Numbered from the stretch's first letter, positions 7,703 to 15,658 are shown. The stretch is 41,656 bases of DNA from an uncultured Methanomassiliicoccales archaeon (GCA_964347125.1 CAYFXO010000005.1:1-41656); one strand, 5' to 3'. Numbers and translations are program-made. Notes: a model not told the origin generated them from the sequence alone.

Positions 7703-8182
7703 ATGCGGTTCCCTCGCGACCGTCGGGGGCTCGAGGGCCTTCCCCTGCAGCTCCTCATCATCCTTGTCATCCTCGGAATCTCGCTGCCGGTCATCTTCGC
7801 CACGTGGATGAACGTGGACGCGGCCTCCACGGAAGGGCGGGTCCAGGCAGAGGTGGAGCGCCTCGCCGCGGAGGTGGAGCAGGCCTACGCCTACGGCCCG
7901 GGGACGGGGCTTCGGGTGAACCGGGTTGACTTCTCCTCCGGCACCTTCTCCCCCGTGGAGTACGTGCGCATCGGCGACGACCCGGCGAAGAGCGCGGCGG
8001 CCCTCATCCGGTTCAAGCTCGGCGCCCAGGCGGAGCGCACCGTCATAATCCCTCGGGAGGTGCCCGTCACATCCCCCGGCGGGGTCACGTTCACCGTGGG
8101 CCCCGGCGTCTACGACTTCCTGCTGGAGACGGTGCGGGGCCCGGGGGGCCAGATCTACGTGGTCATCTCCCGCGCCCCCTAG
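7703..8182 (+). CDS. Small pilin-like-headed protein (159 aa), paralogous head to the preceding gene
   Basis: ATG at 7703. N-terminus MRFPRDRRGLEGLPLQLLIILVILGISLPVIFATW is a basic head, G, then a hydrophobic helix. Confidence 0.8.
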   Translation: MRFPRDRRGLEGLPLQLLIILVILGISLPVIFATWMNVDAASTEGRVQAEVERLAAEVEQAYAYGPGTGLRVNRVDFSSGTFSPVEYVRIGDDPAKSAAALIRFKLGAQAERTVIIPREVPVTSPGGVTFTVGPGVYDFLLETVRGPGGQIYVVISRAP

Positions 8183-8191
8183 CCGCGCAGC

Positions 8192-8198
8192 TTTAAAT
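8192..8198 (+). promoter_or_regulatory. TATA box upstream of the FmdE-like gene
   Basis: TTTAAAT, 20-26 nt upstream of GTG 8218. Confidence 0.45.
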
Positions 8199-8217
8199 CC
8201 GCGCCGCCCTTCCCGCG

Positions 8218-8631
8218 GTGGGGACATCTGCGGTGAACGAAGACCTCCAGGGGCTCAAGGAGTTCCACGGCCACCTGGGGCCCTACGTCGTGGTGGGCTG
8301 GCGGATGGCGAAGCTCGCCGTGGAGCGCCTCGGAGACGACTTCAAGGGCGCGGTGCGCACGGGCACGGACCCGCCCATGTCCTGCATCATCGACGGCATC
8401 CAGTGGGGCTCCCCCTGCACCGTGGGGCGGGGGAACTTGGCCATCTGGAACGAACGGCGGCCCGAGGCGATCTTCCGGAATGACAGCACCCGTCTGGAGA
8501 TCCGCCTCCTCCCGGCCATGTGGCGGGCCATCGAGGACGAGATGACCTCGGACACGGAGGAGGACCTGGCGGCGCGCCTCTACGACCGCCCGACGGGCGA
8601 GCTGTTCCACGTGATCGAGAAGCCCGCCTAG
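8218..8631 (+). CDS. FmdE-domain protein (formylmethanofuran dehydrogenase subunit E-like)
   Basis: GTG start. FHGHLGPYVVVGWRMA matches the FmdE-family FHGHxxPxxxxGxRM motif. 137 aa. Confidence 0.75.
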   Translation: MGTSAVNEDLQGLKEFHGHLGPYVVVGWRMAKLAVERLGDDFKGAVRTGTDPPMSCIIDGIQWGSPCTVGRGNLAIWNERRPEAIFRNDSTRLEIRLLPAMWRAIEDEMTSDTEEDLAARLYDRPTGELFHVIEKPA

Positions 8632-11600
8632 AACGTGATAGTGAAGGGCGGCTGGTCGCCCGTCACGAGCACCCAGTACCCGAAGCCGTTCGTCATCAGG
8701 TCCGCCGCCCCGAGCTGCTGGAGGTAGTAGGGCGCGGTGCCCGTGTCGTAGCCCTCCACCCGCTCCCACGAGACGGCCCCGAGGACGCTCCCCACCGCGT
8801 CGTCCGTCATGGACGCGTACCCGATGAGGTTCCATCCGTCGCACAGGCTCACCTGGGTGGAGGTGGGCACGGTGCCCGCCACGGTCCAGAGGCCCGCGGA
8901 GAGGCTGTCCACCCAGTACCCCGCGTCCCGGGATACGGTGGCGAGGGTGTTCGTCTGCTTCCCCACGTCGTAGGAAACCCACTCCTGGCTGCCGCAGGCG
9001 TCGAAGGCCTTCACCCAGCGGTACTCCGCGGTCCCGAAGACGGCGGTCACCGAGGGGTCCGCGGGCTGGATGGGTACGGAGACGAGCTGCGGGCCCGCTT
9101 GGAGCATCCGGGTGTACTTCGCCGCCTGGCCGGCGCACGCGCTGTCGCCCGCCGCGTTGGTGGCCAGGACGCAGTAGAAGTAGCTGTTCGGGTCCCCGTC
9201 CCCGGCGCCGCTGTGGGTGAAGGACGCCACGCCGCCCGCCACGGATCCCAGGAAGACGTAGGTCGCCGTGGAGGCGTCGTAGGTCGTCCCAAACCACACT
9301 TCGTAGTTCAGTACGTCCGGCTCGGAGATGGACAGGTCCCACTGGATCAGGACGTCCCCGGAGGCCACTCCGACGAGGGACGCCCGGACGTTCGTGGGCG
9401 CCTGGGGCGGCACGGGGCCGGTGCCGAGGACCTCGAAGGAGAGGCTCTGGAAGGGCCCCCAGTTCCCCCACTCGTCCTGGCCGTGGACGTAGAGGGTGTG
9501 GGTCCCGCCCGACCAGGGGGCGGCGGGGGTGGACCACTCCACGTCTTCCGCCGAGGAGGTGGGCGGGTTGACCAGGCTCATGGGGGTGCCGGTGCCGTCC
9601 GCCCCCGTGGCGTCGATGAAGAACTCCGCCGGGGTGATGGCGTGCACGTCGGATGCGCCCTTCAGGGAGTCGTCCACGGTGGCCGCGAAGGTGAGGGCGG
9701 CGCCCTGGGTCGCCGGGTTCGGGGAAAGGGTGACGCTCCCGGGCACGACGACGGGCCCCTGGGCATCCCCGCCGGGGCGGGTGATGCAGAAGTCCCCGTT
9801 GGAGGCGTCCGTGCCGTTCAGGGAGGGGATCCCGTTGTCCTGGGCGACGACCCTCACCTGGTAGCCACACCCGTTGGGGAGGCTTGAGATGTCCCACGCG
9901 TAGCTCCGCGGGGCAGCGCCGAGGGGCGCGATGAAGAACCAGGACTGGCCGGAGTTGGGGCTGTAGTACACCCCCTGGGTGTTTACGTTCGTCCCGCCGT
10001 AGGTGGTCACGTTCCAGTAGATGTTCGCCACATTGCCGGAGAAGGTCTCACCTCCATTCGGGTAAGACACCGTCAAGTCGGGGTGGTCCCGCTGGTCAAG
10101 TAGCCACTGGATCGTCTTGTCCATGACCTCGTTCCGGGTCGCATCGTTGTCCGTCTGGTAGTTCATCCCAGAGAACTCGAAGAAGTTCACCACGAGCTTC
10201 GAGAGCATCCCACCCCACACGCCGATGCCGAACGTGCCGTTGGGAAGGGAAGAGGTCCACTGGAGCCCCACGGTTCCGGGAATGCCGTCCTCCGTATCCC
10301 CGAAGTCCTCCCAGATGTCCTCCGTCGTGCCCCCGGCGGCGAGCATGGCCACCTCGTCCCCGGACCCGCCGTCCCGATGGGGCTCGTAGGGGATGCGGTT
10401 CACGCCGAGGTAGGCGCCGCTGATGAAGCGGCCGGAGACGCCCTGCATCTCTAGCCAGCGCTGGGGATCTTGGAGCCAATCGGCCTTCATGGTGGAATGC
10501 AGCCAGGCGTCCGTGCTGGCGTCGGAATACTCTTCGTTATTCGGCGCGTCCGTGTCGAAGCCCCAGGCCACGTCGTGAGAGGAGACGTAGAGACGGCCGC
10601 CGTTGTCCAGGTAGTCCGTGAGGAGTTGCCGCGAGGACGGCTCGAAGGGCGGGTATTGCTCCAGGCCCACCTGCCATGCTACAACCTTGTACTCCTGGAG
10701 GACGCTCAGGGGCGGGTCGCCGCTCCGCTCCACGTGCCAGAGATTGTAGGACCAGGCATAGGCATCGAAGGCGTCCCCGTAGTGCCCGATGCGGTCGGGG
10801 AGAATCGTGCTGTCGCCAATGACCAAGAGAATCTCGCCCTTCTCCGTCGTGGTGAAGGAGTAGTGGGCGCCGCCGTTGTCGTCCCGGGTGCTGTGGCCGA
10901 ACCAGTCTGTCGACTCGACATCGAAGAAGTATTGGGTTCCTGTCTCGAGGCTGATGAGGTCCACGGCGTGGTCCACCTGAAGGGCGGCGAGGGAGACGCT
11001 CCCCAGCTCCAGCCCCGTGGTCTTCCCGTAGTACACGACGGAGTCCGAGGGCTCGTCCGTGTCCCAGGTGACGGTGGCGGCGGCGTTCGTGATGTCGATG
11101 ACCTGGACGCCCGTGACCCGGGGGCCTGCGGCGTCGATGATCGCGTCGGCGGTGGCGGTGTGGACGGGGCTGACATCCGAGTAGGACGCAGTGACCGTAT
11201 CACCGTGGTGCACCTGCAGGACGCCGTCCGCGGCCACCGCCCCGAAGGCGGTGGTGATTGTGCCCTGCCAGAGGCCGGAGCCACCGACAGTCTCGGCGAG
11301 GCTGACGACCTCCGGGGTCGTCTCCGTCGTGCTCGTCATACTGACCTGCACGGAGGCGGCGTTGGTATCCTGCACGCGGATCGTGATGGTGTCGGATTCG
11401 CTGTACACCTCCCGGTCCATGAAGACTTGCCCCCAGCCGAGGTCGAGGTCCGCGAGGACCACGAGGGCGAAGGGCTGTGGGCCCGCGGGGACGTTCGCGC
11501 CGGTAATGGTGACTGTCCACTGGCCCGCGGACGCCAGAGGCGCGGGGAGGTAGACAGTTTCGACCGGGTGGGTCGCGTCGAAGCCCCCGCCAGTAACGGA

Positions 11601-13871
11601 GTATCCCTGCTGGAAGTTCCCGAAGAAGTTCCCCTTGTAGCTCGTGCTCAGAGGGGATGTCACCAAGAGGTCTAGGTTGTTCACAAGGGCAGAGTCCGTC
11701 CCGACGGATGCGGGGTAGTCGGACCACACCAGGGCGGCCTTGAAGCCCGCCAACGGTGAAGCCGCCCAGAAGCTGTAGGTGACGGATTGGCCCGTGTTCA
11801 GACCCTCCTTGTGCTCCACGACGCCCAGCTTCCGGCTCTCCCCGCTGAAATAGAGGGCGTTGTCCAGGACGGGGCGGCCCCAGCCCTGGGACCAGTTGGG
11901 CCACTTGAACTGGTTCTTGCTGTCCGAGTACTGGCCCGTCATCTGCTCCGCGGAGGCCACGAGCATGGCCTTCACGAGGGCGGCGGACGGGAGGAGGGTG
12001 TTCCCGGGGAGGGCGACGCCGTTGGGGTAGTAGCCGTCCGCGAAGTACTGGCGGATCATCGCGGCGGAGCCGGCGATGGCGGGGGCGGAGTAGCTCGTCC
12101 CCGTCCAGCCCTGCTCCCCGCCCGTGTTGCCGTTGGAGCCCGGGTCGCCGTCGGACTCCGCAGAGGTCCCCGAGAAGGGGGCCATGACCGTCGGCTTCGT
12201 CCGGCCATCCACCGTGGGGCCGCGACTGCTGCTGCCGTGGACGGCGTTCTGGCTCGCGTAGGCCACGGTGCCGCCCACAGAGACGGCGCTCTTCGCCGTC
12301 GCGGGGCTCCCAGCGTCGTGGGGGTCGGAGGACGTGGGCCCGCCGTTCCCGTTGGAGAAGATGATGAGCATGTCCTGGTTCTCCCACATGAACTTGTCCA
12401 CCATCATCGCCTCCAGGTCGTAGTCGGAGTTCTGGGAGCCCCAGCTGTTGGTGTGAATCCGCACCCCGTCGTTGTAGGGGAAGCTGAAGAGGAGCTCGTA
12501 GTCGTCGGGGATGTACCGGAGGATGTCGTCCCAGGCGTTCCCCAGGCGGGGGTTCTGCCCCACGGTGCCGATGTCCTGGACCCAGATCTTGGCCCCCTTC
12601 GCGACGCCGTCGTTGTTGCTGCCGGCGACGGGGTCGTCATTCCCCGCGGCGACGCTGGAGACGAGGGTGCCGTGGCCGGTGGTGCAGTTGTTGAGGAAGA
12701 AACAGTCGAAGCCGCTCTTCCAATCGCTGTCGCGGGTCGCGTAGATGTCCTTCGACGGGTCGACGCCCTGGGACCAGCTCATGGGCATGTAGCGGATGAC
12801 CTTCCGGTGGGTCGGGTTGGTGACATTGTCCACACTCCCGATCTGGGCGGGGCTCTGCCGGAACTGGTTGTGGTCGTAGTCCAGTCCCGTGTCGGCGACG
12901 GCGATGAGCTGGCCTGTGCCGTCGATGCCGTAGCTGTTCCAGAGCTTCCTCGCCGAGGGGTCGCCGATGGGAATCGTGTTCCCCGAGAGGTTCGTCTGCA
13001 TGACGGCCTGGGTCTCGTAGTTCGTGAGGCGCATCTCCTCCCAGGGCTCGACGTACTGGACGACCCGAAGGTTGGCGATCATCGGGAGGAGGTCCGCCGG
13101 GAGGCGGGCCTTCACGACCCCGAAGCTGGCCGCGACGGTGGAGCGGACGATGCCGGGGTTCGCGAGGTCGTCGTAGTCTACCCAGCCCATACCGGCCTTC
13201 CCCAGGGCGGCCAGGACGGGGCCGAGGGACTCGCCGCCGAACGTGATGACCTTGACTTCAACGAGGCCCGCCGCCTCCCGGAGGCGCGGCTGGATCTTGT
13301 AGGCGGGCTGGTAGGGACCGTGCCACCCCACGAAGGGGAGGTCGTCCAAGGCCGCGGGGACGGGCCCCCGGAAGTCCACGATGAATGCGCTGGTGGGCAC
13401 GTAGTCGAGGACGCGCCCGCCGAGGCGCTCCACGGCGTGGACCCACGAGTCCTTCACGGGTCCGATGAACTGCACCAGGTGGTAGCCCCACTCCCGCTCC
13501 AGGGCCGCGGGGACGCGGAGGTCGGAGGGAAGGTCCGGCTCCCCCCCTTGGGTGTCGAACTCGTAGCCGTCGATGCCGATACGTCCCGCGGGGAACGGCT
13601 GGACGAAAGCCCCCAGCCGCTCCAGGCTCGCCACCTGGCTCTCTGTGACTTCGGCGAGGAGGAAGGCGTGGTACTCCACCAGGGGGTCCGGGACCAGGGC
13701 GCGGAGGTCCGCCTGCGCCGCGAGGTCGGGAGCGAAGACGAGGGCGGTCTGCACCGGGTCCTCCTCGCTGCCCGCCCGACCCGCGTGAATCGCGAGGGCG
13801 GAGAGAACGAGGACGATCGCGACGGTGACGGTCGAAAACCTGACGATACCTGCCCCTAGGCGCTGCCGCAT
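8628..13871 (-). CDS. Secreted multidomain subtilisin-like serine protease (peptidase S8), 1747 aa
   Basis: ATG at 13871 with GGAGGAGG 7-14 nt upstream. Signal/anchor VTVAIVLVLSALAIHAG. Catalytic triad motifs appear in S8 order: AVADTGLDYDH (Asp), TTGHGTLVSS (His), GTSYSAPAIAGSAA (Ser). Downstream are Fn3-like segments (VTWDTDEPSDSVVYYG; NVRASLVG..WDLS..YEVWFG) and several Ig-like segments. Confidence 0.9.
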   Translation of the reverse strand: MRQRLGAGIVRFSTVTVAIVLVLSALAIHAGRAGSEEDPVQTALVFAPDLAAQADLRALVPDPLVEYHAFLLAEVTESQVASLERLGAFVQPFPAGRIGIDGYEFDTQGGEPDLPSDLRVPAALEREWGYHLVQFIGPVKDSWVHAVERLGGRVLDYVPTSAFIVDFRGPVPAALDDLPFVGWHGPYQPAYKIQPRLREAAGLVEVKVITFGGESLGPVLAALGKAGMGWVDYDDLANPGIVRSTVAASFGVVKARLPADLLPMIANLRVVQYVEPWEEMRLTNYETQAVMQTNLSGNTIPIGDPSARKLWNSYGIDGTGQLIAVADTGLDYDHNQFRQSPAQIGSVDNVTNPTHRKVIRYMPMSWSQGVDPSKDIYATRDSDWKSGFDCFFLNNCTTGHGTLVSSVAAGNDDPVAGSNNDGVAKGAKIWVQDIGTVGQNPRLGNAWDDILRYIPDDYELLFSFPYNDGVRIHTNSWGSQNSDYDLEAMMVDKFMWENQDMLIIFSNGNGGPTSSDPHDAGSPATAKSAVSVGGTVAYASQNAVHGSSSRGPTVDGRTKPTVMAPFSGTSAESDGDPGSNGNTGGEQGWTGTSYSAPAIAGSAAMIRQYFADGYYPNGVALPGNTLLPSAALVKAMLVASAEQMTGQYSDSKNQFKWPNWSQGWGRPVLDNALYFSGESRKLGVVEHKEGLNTGQSVTYSFWAASPLAGFKAALVWSDYPASVGTDSALVNNLDLLVTSPLSTSYKGNFFGNFQQGYSVTGGGFDATHPVETVYLPAPLASAGQWTVTITGANVPAGPQPFALVVLADLDLGWGQVFMDREVYSESDTITIRVQDTNAASVQVSMTSTTETTPEVVSLAETVGGSGLWQGTITTAFGAVAADGVLQVHHGDTVTASYSDVSPVHTATADAIIDAAGPRVTGVQVIDITNAAATVTWDTDEPSDSVVYYGKTTGLELGSVSLAALQVDHAVDLISLETGTQYFFDVESTDWFGHSTRDDNGGAHYSFTTTEKGEILLVIGDSTILPDRIGHYGDAFDAYAWSYNLWHVERSGDPPLSVLQEYKVVAWQVGLEQYPPFEPSSRQLLTDYLDNGGRLYVSSHDVAWGFDTDAPNNEEYSDASTDAWLHSTMKADWLQDPQRWLEMQGVSGRFISGAYLGVNRIPYEPHRDGGSGDEVAMLAAGGTTEDIWEDFGDTEDGIPGTVGLQWTSSLPNGTFGIGVWGGMLSKLVVNFFEFSGMNYQTDNDATRNEVMDKTIQWLLDQRDHPDLTVSYPNGGETFSGNVANIYWNVTTYGGTNVNTQGVYYSPNSGQSWFFIAPLGAAPRSYAWDISSLPNGCGYQVRVVAQDNGIPSLNGTDASNGDFCITRPGGDAQGPVVVPGSVTLSPNPATQGAALTFAATVDDSLKGASDVHAITPAEFFIDATGADGTGTPMSLVNPPTSSAEDVEWSTPAAPWSGGTHTLYVHGQDEWGNWGPFQSLSFEVLGTGPVPPQAPTNVRASLVGVASGDVLIQWDLSISEPDVLNYEVWFGTTYDASTATYVFLGSVAGGVASFTHSGAGDGDPNSYFYCVLATNAAGDSACAGQAAKYTRMLQAGPQLVSVPIQPADPSVTAVFGTAEYRWVKAFDACGSQEWVSYDVGKQTNTLATVSRDAGYWVDSLSAGLWTVAGTVPTSTQVSLCDGWNLIGYASMTDDAVGSVLGAVSWERVEGYDTGTAPYYLQQLGAADLMTNGFGYWVLVTGDQPPFTITF

Positions 13872-14154
13872 GCCGAAGCCTCCTCCATTCGTGGCGTTAC
13901 AAGCATGGTGTCGTGATGATGCCCACTATCACCACGCTCTGGGTCGTTCGTATGCGGCCTGGCGTATTAAAGGTTTAGCGGGAGGGGGCAGCCATCCCTG
14001 GGATGCATAAGGACGCCGGTGCGATCCGAACCAAAGAAGGAGAAAAAGAAAGGGGGAGTAAGCGGGATGGCTAGGATACACCCCCTTCTGCAACCAGTCA
14101 CGTAGCCGCGCCGGGGAAATCCCCCGGGCCATAAAACGATTTTTGAACGGCCTC

Positions 14155-14217
14155 TGTTACCAGGGAGGGGGGCGGAAACGGTTATATGTTATCAGATGTG
14201 TTACCAGGCGGGGGGCC
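14155..14217 (+). promoter_or_regulatory. Direct repeat TGTTACCAGG-(G/-)-(A/C)GGGGGGC (14155-14173 and 14199-14216) flanking a TATA box (TTATATG 14182-14188)
   Basis: The 10-nt core TGTTACCAGG is identical in both copies and each is followed by a G run. The copies are 44 nt apart and bracket the TATA box. The second copy covers the expected TSS, just before GTG 14224. Confidence 0.5.
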
Positions 14218-14223
14218 TGGCTC

Positions 14224-14808
14224 GTGTTCGTGCCCGAGAAGGAACTCAAGAACCTCATCATCTCTTACGTGAAGCAAGAAGAACGCTCCATCTCCGCCCT
14301 GGCCCGTGAGCTGGAGCGGGACGGCCTGCGGATGCACCGCCTCTTCCTCACCGGGTACCTGCGGGCCCTCGCGGACCTGGGCATCGTGCGGGAGAAGCAG
14401 ATTCCCCCCTCGAAGGTCTACACGACCTCCGTCTACAAGGAGAAGAACCTGTACGAGGCCGTGGGGGATGCCGTGCGTGCCATGACGGACGATGACAAGG
14501 AGCGGAGCCGCCTCGCCGTGGCGGTGCTCCAACACCTCTTCCGGCGGCCCGTGTTCCTGCGGGAGCTCAACGAGTGCGGCCTGGGGGAGATCGTGGTGGC
14601 CTCGCGGGTGACCGGGGACGAGCGGACGGAAGCCAGGAAGTCCCTCTTCAAGAACGGGGTGAAGGTCCCCGCCAACGACCCCGCCTACGTGGTGGGGGAC
14701 CCGGACACGGAGGAAGTGCAGGAGATCCTCGCCCACGTGCTCCTGGGCAAGTTCCGGGCGCAGCACCTCGTCCTGGACACGGTCCAGCTCCGGCTCCAGG
14801 GCGTCTGA
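14224..14808 (+). CDS. Winged-helix (wHTH) DNA-binding protein, putative transcriptional regulator
   Basis: Track ORF starts at 14143 but that extension contains the TATA box. An in-frame GTG at 14224 (or 14230) fits leaderless spacing. ISALARELERDGLRMHRLFLTGYLRALADLGIVREK is wHTH-like. No family-level call possible. Confidence 0.6.
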   Translation: MFVPEKELKNLIISYVKQEERSISALARELERDGLRMHRLFLTGYLRALADLGIVREKQIPPSKVYTTSVYKEKNLYEAVGDAVRAMTDDDKERSRLAVAVLQHLFRRPVFLRELNECGLGEIVVASRVTGDERTEARKSLFKNGVKVPANDPAYVVGDPDTEEVQEILAHVLLGKFRAQHLVLDTVQLRLQGV

Positions 14809-14845
14809 GGGTGAGAACCGGGCGCCGTCCGAGGCGACAACGACG

Positions 14846-15170
14846 GGACCGGTGCTAGGCCACTGGGGTTGACGCCCGACTCCGATGAAGGGTGATCAGA
14901 GACCTTCTCGACCCCGTGACCCCGCGAGCGCCGGTAGTCCGCGGTGAGGCTGCTCACTTCCGTGCCTGGCCCAGTCCCCGCGACTGGAACGGGGGATACG
15001 ACCCTCCGGTCGCACCCGTCGTCGCCACCTGCCCCGCGGGACAAGGTCTCACGGTCGATCCCCGGCCCGTTCGCCGTGCCGGATACGCCGCCCCCAGCTG
15101 TCACCCCCGCGTATTGGCGATTTCGGGTGACAGGGGACGCCAAGCCCCCCGGTCAAGCCTAGCACCTTTC
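14846..15170 (-). ncRNA. Signal recognition particle RNA (archaeal 7S RNA)
   Basis: Read on the minus strand. The terminal helix pairs GGUGCUAGGC (15166-15157) with GCCUAGCACC (14860-14851). Helix-8 motif CCAGGCACGGAAGUGAGCAGCC carries a GGAA tetraloop and AGCAGCC. Helix-6-like hairpin GCGACC-GGAG-GGUCGU carries a GGAG tetraloop. Long helix-5 pairings are present (GAGACCUU/AAGGUCUC). A TATA box lies ~25 nt upstream. Ends are +/- 5 nt. Confidence 0.88.
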
Positions 15171-15183
15171 GATTGGGGACACG

Positions 15184-15192
15184 CTATATAAT
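15184..15192 (-). promoter_or_regulatory. TATA box of the SRP RNA gene
   Basis: Minus strand ATTATATAG, about 20-27 nt upstream of the first base of the terminal helix. Confidence 0.55.
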
Positions 15193-15231
15193 GGTATAGG
15201 GACGGGCCGCCACCGGGGGGCGGGAGGGACG

Positions 15232-15600
15232 TTACCCGCTCATGAGCCGGATGATGGCCTCCGCGGGCTCCCCGTCGCACTCCTCCAGGGCCTTCCGGGC
15301 CTCCTCGAGGGACACCCCCGCCTTCTCCGCGACGAGCTCCACATCCTCCTCGGGGATGCTGAGGCCGGGCACTTCCTCGGCAGCTTCGGAGGCCTCCCGC
15401 ACCGTGGCCTGCCCGACGACCTGGAACGTCTTCTGCCCCTGGACCGTCATCTCCGTGACGGAGGCCCCCGGGATCACGTACTCCTTCTCCCCGGTCCGGA
15501 TGATGACCTCCCGGACGTCCTTCAGCTCCTCCGCCTCCACGCCGAGTTGCTTCATCATCCGCTTCAGCTGCCGCGGATCCATCCGCCCGCCAGGGATCAT
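15232..15600 (-). CDS. nac: Nascent polypeptide-associated complex protein (archaeal NAC, alpha-type with UBA domain)
   Basis: PRQLKRMMKQLGVEAEELKDVREVIIRTGEKEYVIPGASVTEMTVQGQKTFQVVG is the NAC domain. C-terminal VELVAEKAGVSLEEARKALEECDGEPAEAIIRL is UBA-like. GGGAGG precedes the ATG. Confidence 0.9.
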   Translation of the reverse strand: MIPGGRMDPRQLKRMMKQLGVEAEELKDVREVIIRTGEKEYVIPGASVTEMTVQGQKTFQVVGQATVREASEAAEEVPGLSIPEEDVELVAEKAGVSLEEARKALEECDGEPAEAIIRLMSG

Positions 15601-15628
15601 GAGCCTCCCTCGCCACCGATGGGGGGGG

Positions 15629-15658
15629 CCTCGGAAAAACCTTCCTCCCGCCCCGAGG
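15629..15658 (-). terminator. Inverted repeat with a T5 run downstream of the 86-aa gene
   Basis: Minus strand CCUCGG-N13-UUUUU-CCGAGG lies immediately after the stop at 15662. Archaeal terminators are oligo-T based. Confidence 0.3.

Noticed and set aside
13905-13975. Possible C/D box sRNA, because of GUGAUGA at 13911-13917
   Set aside because: No D box (CUGA), no C'/D' pair and no terminal stem within the expected 50-70 nt on either strand. A single C-box-like heptamer is expected by chance.
14000-14035. tRNA-like T-arm resemblance (GCGATCCGAACC)
   Set aside because: I could not build complementary T-stem, acceptor or anticodon arms on either strand. It is not a tRNA or a recognisable tRNA fragment.
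13929-14132. 67-aa minus-strand ORF in the protease/wHTH intergenic region
   Set aside because: No third-position G/C bias, odd composition (W/P/R/L-rich), and no start context. The region looks non-coding (see the sRNA finding).
14143-14223. ATG-initiated N-terminal extension of the wHTH ORF (MNGLCYQGGGRKRLYVIRCVTRRGAWL)
   Set aside because: The extension contains the TATA box (14182-14188) and both copies of the direct repeat. Its composition is non-protein-like. An in-frame GTG at 14224 fits leaderless spacing.
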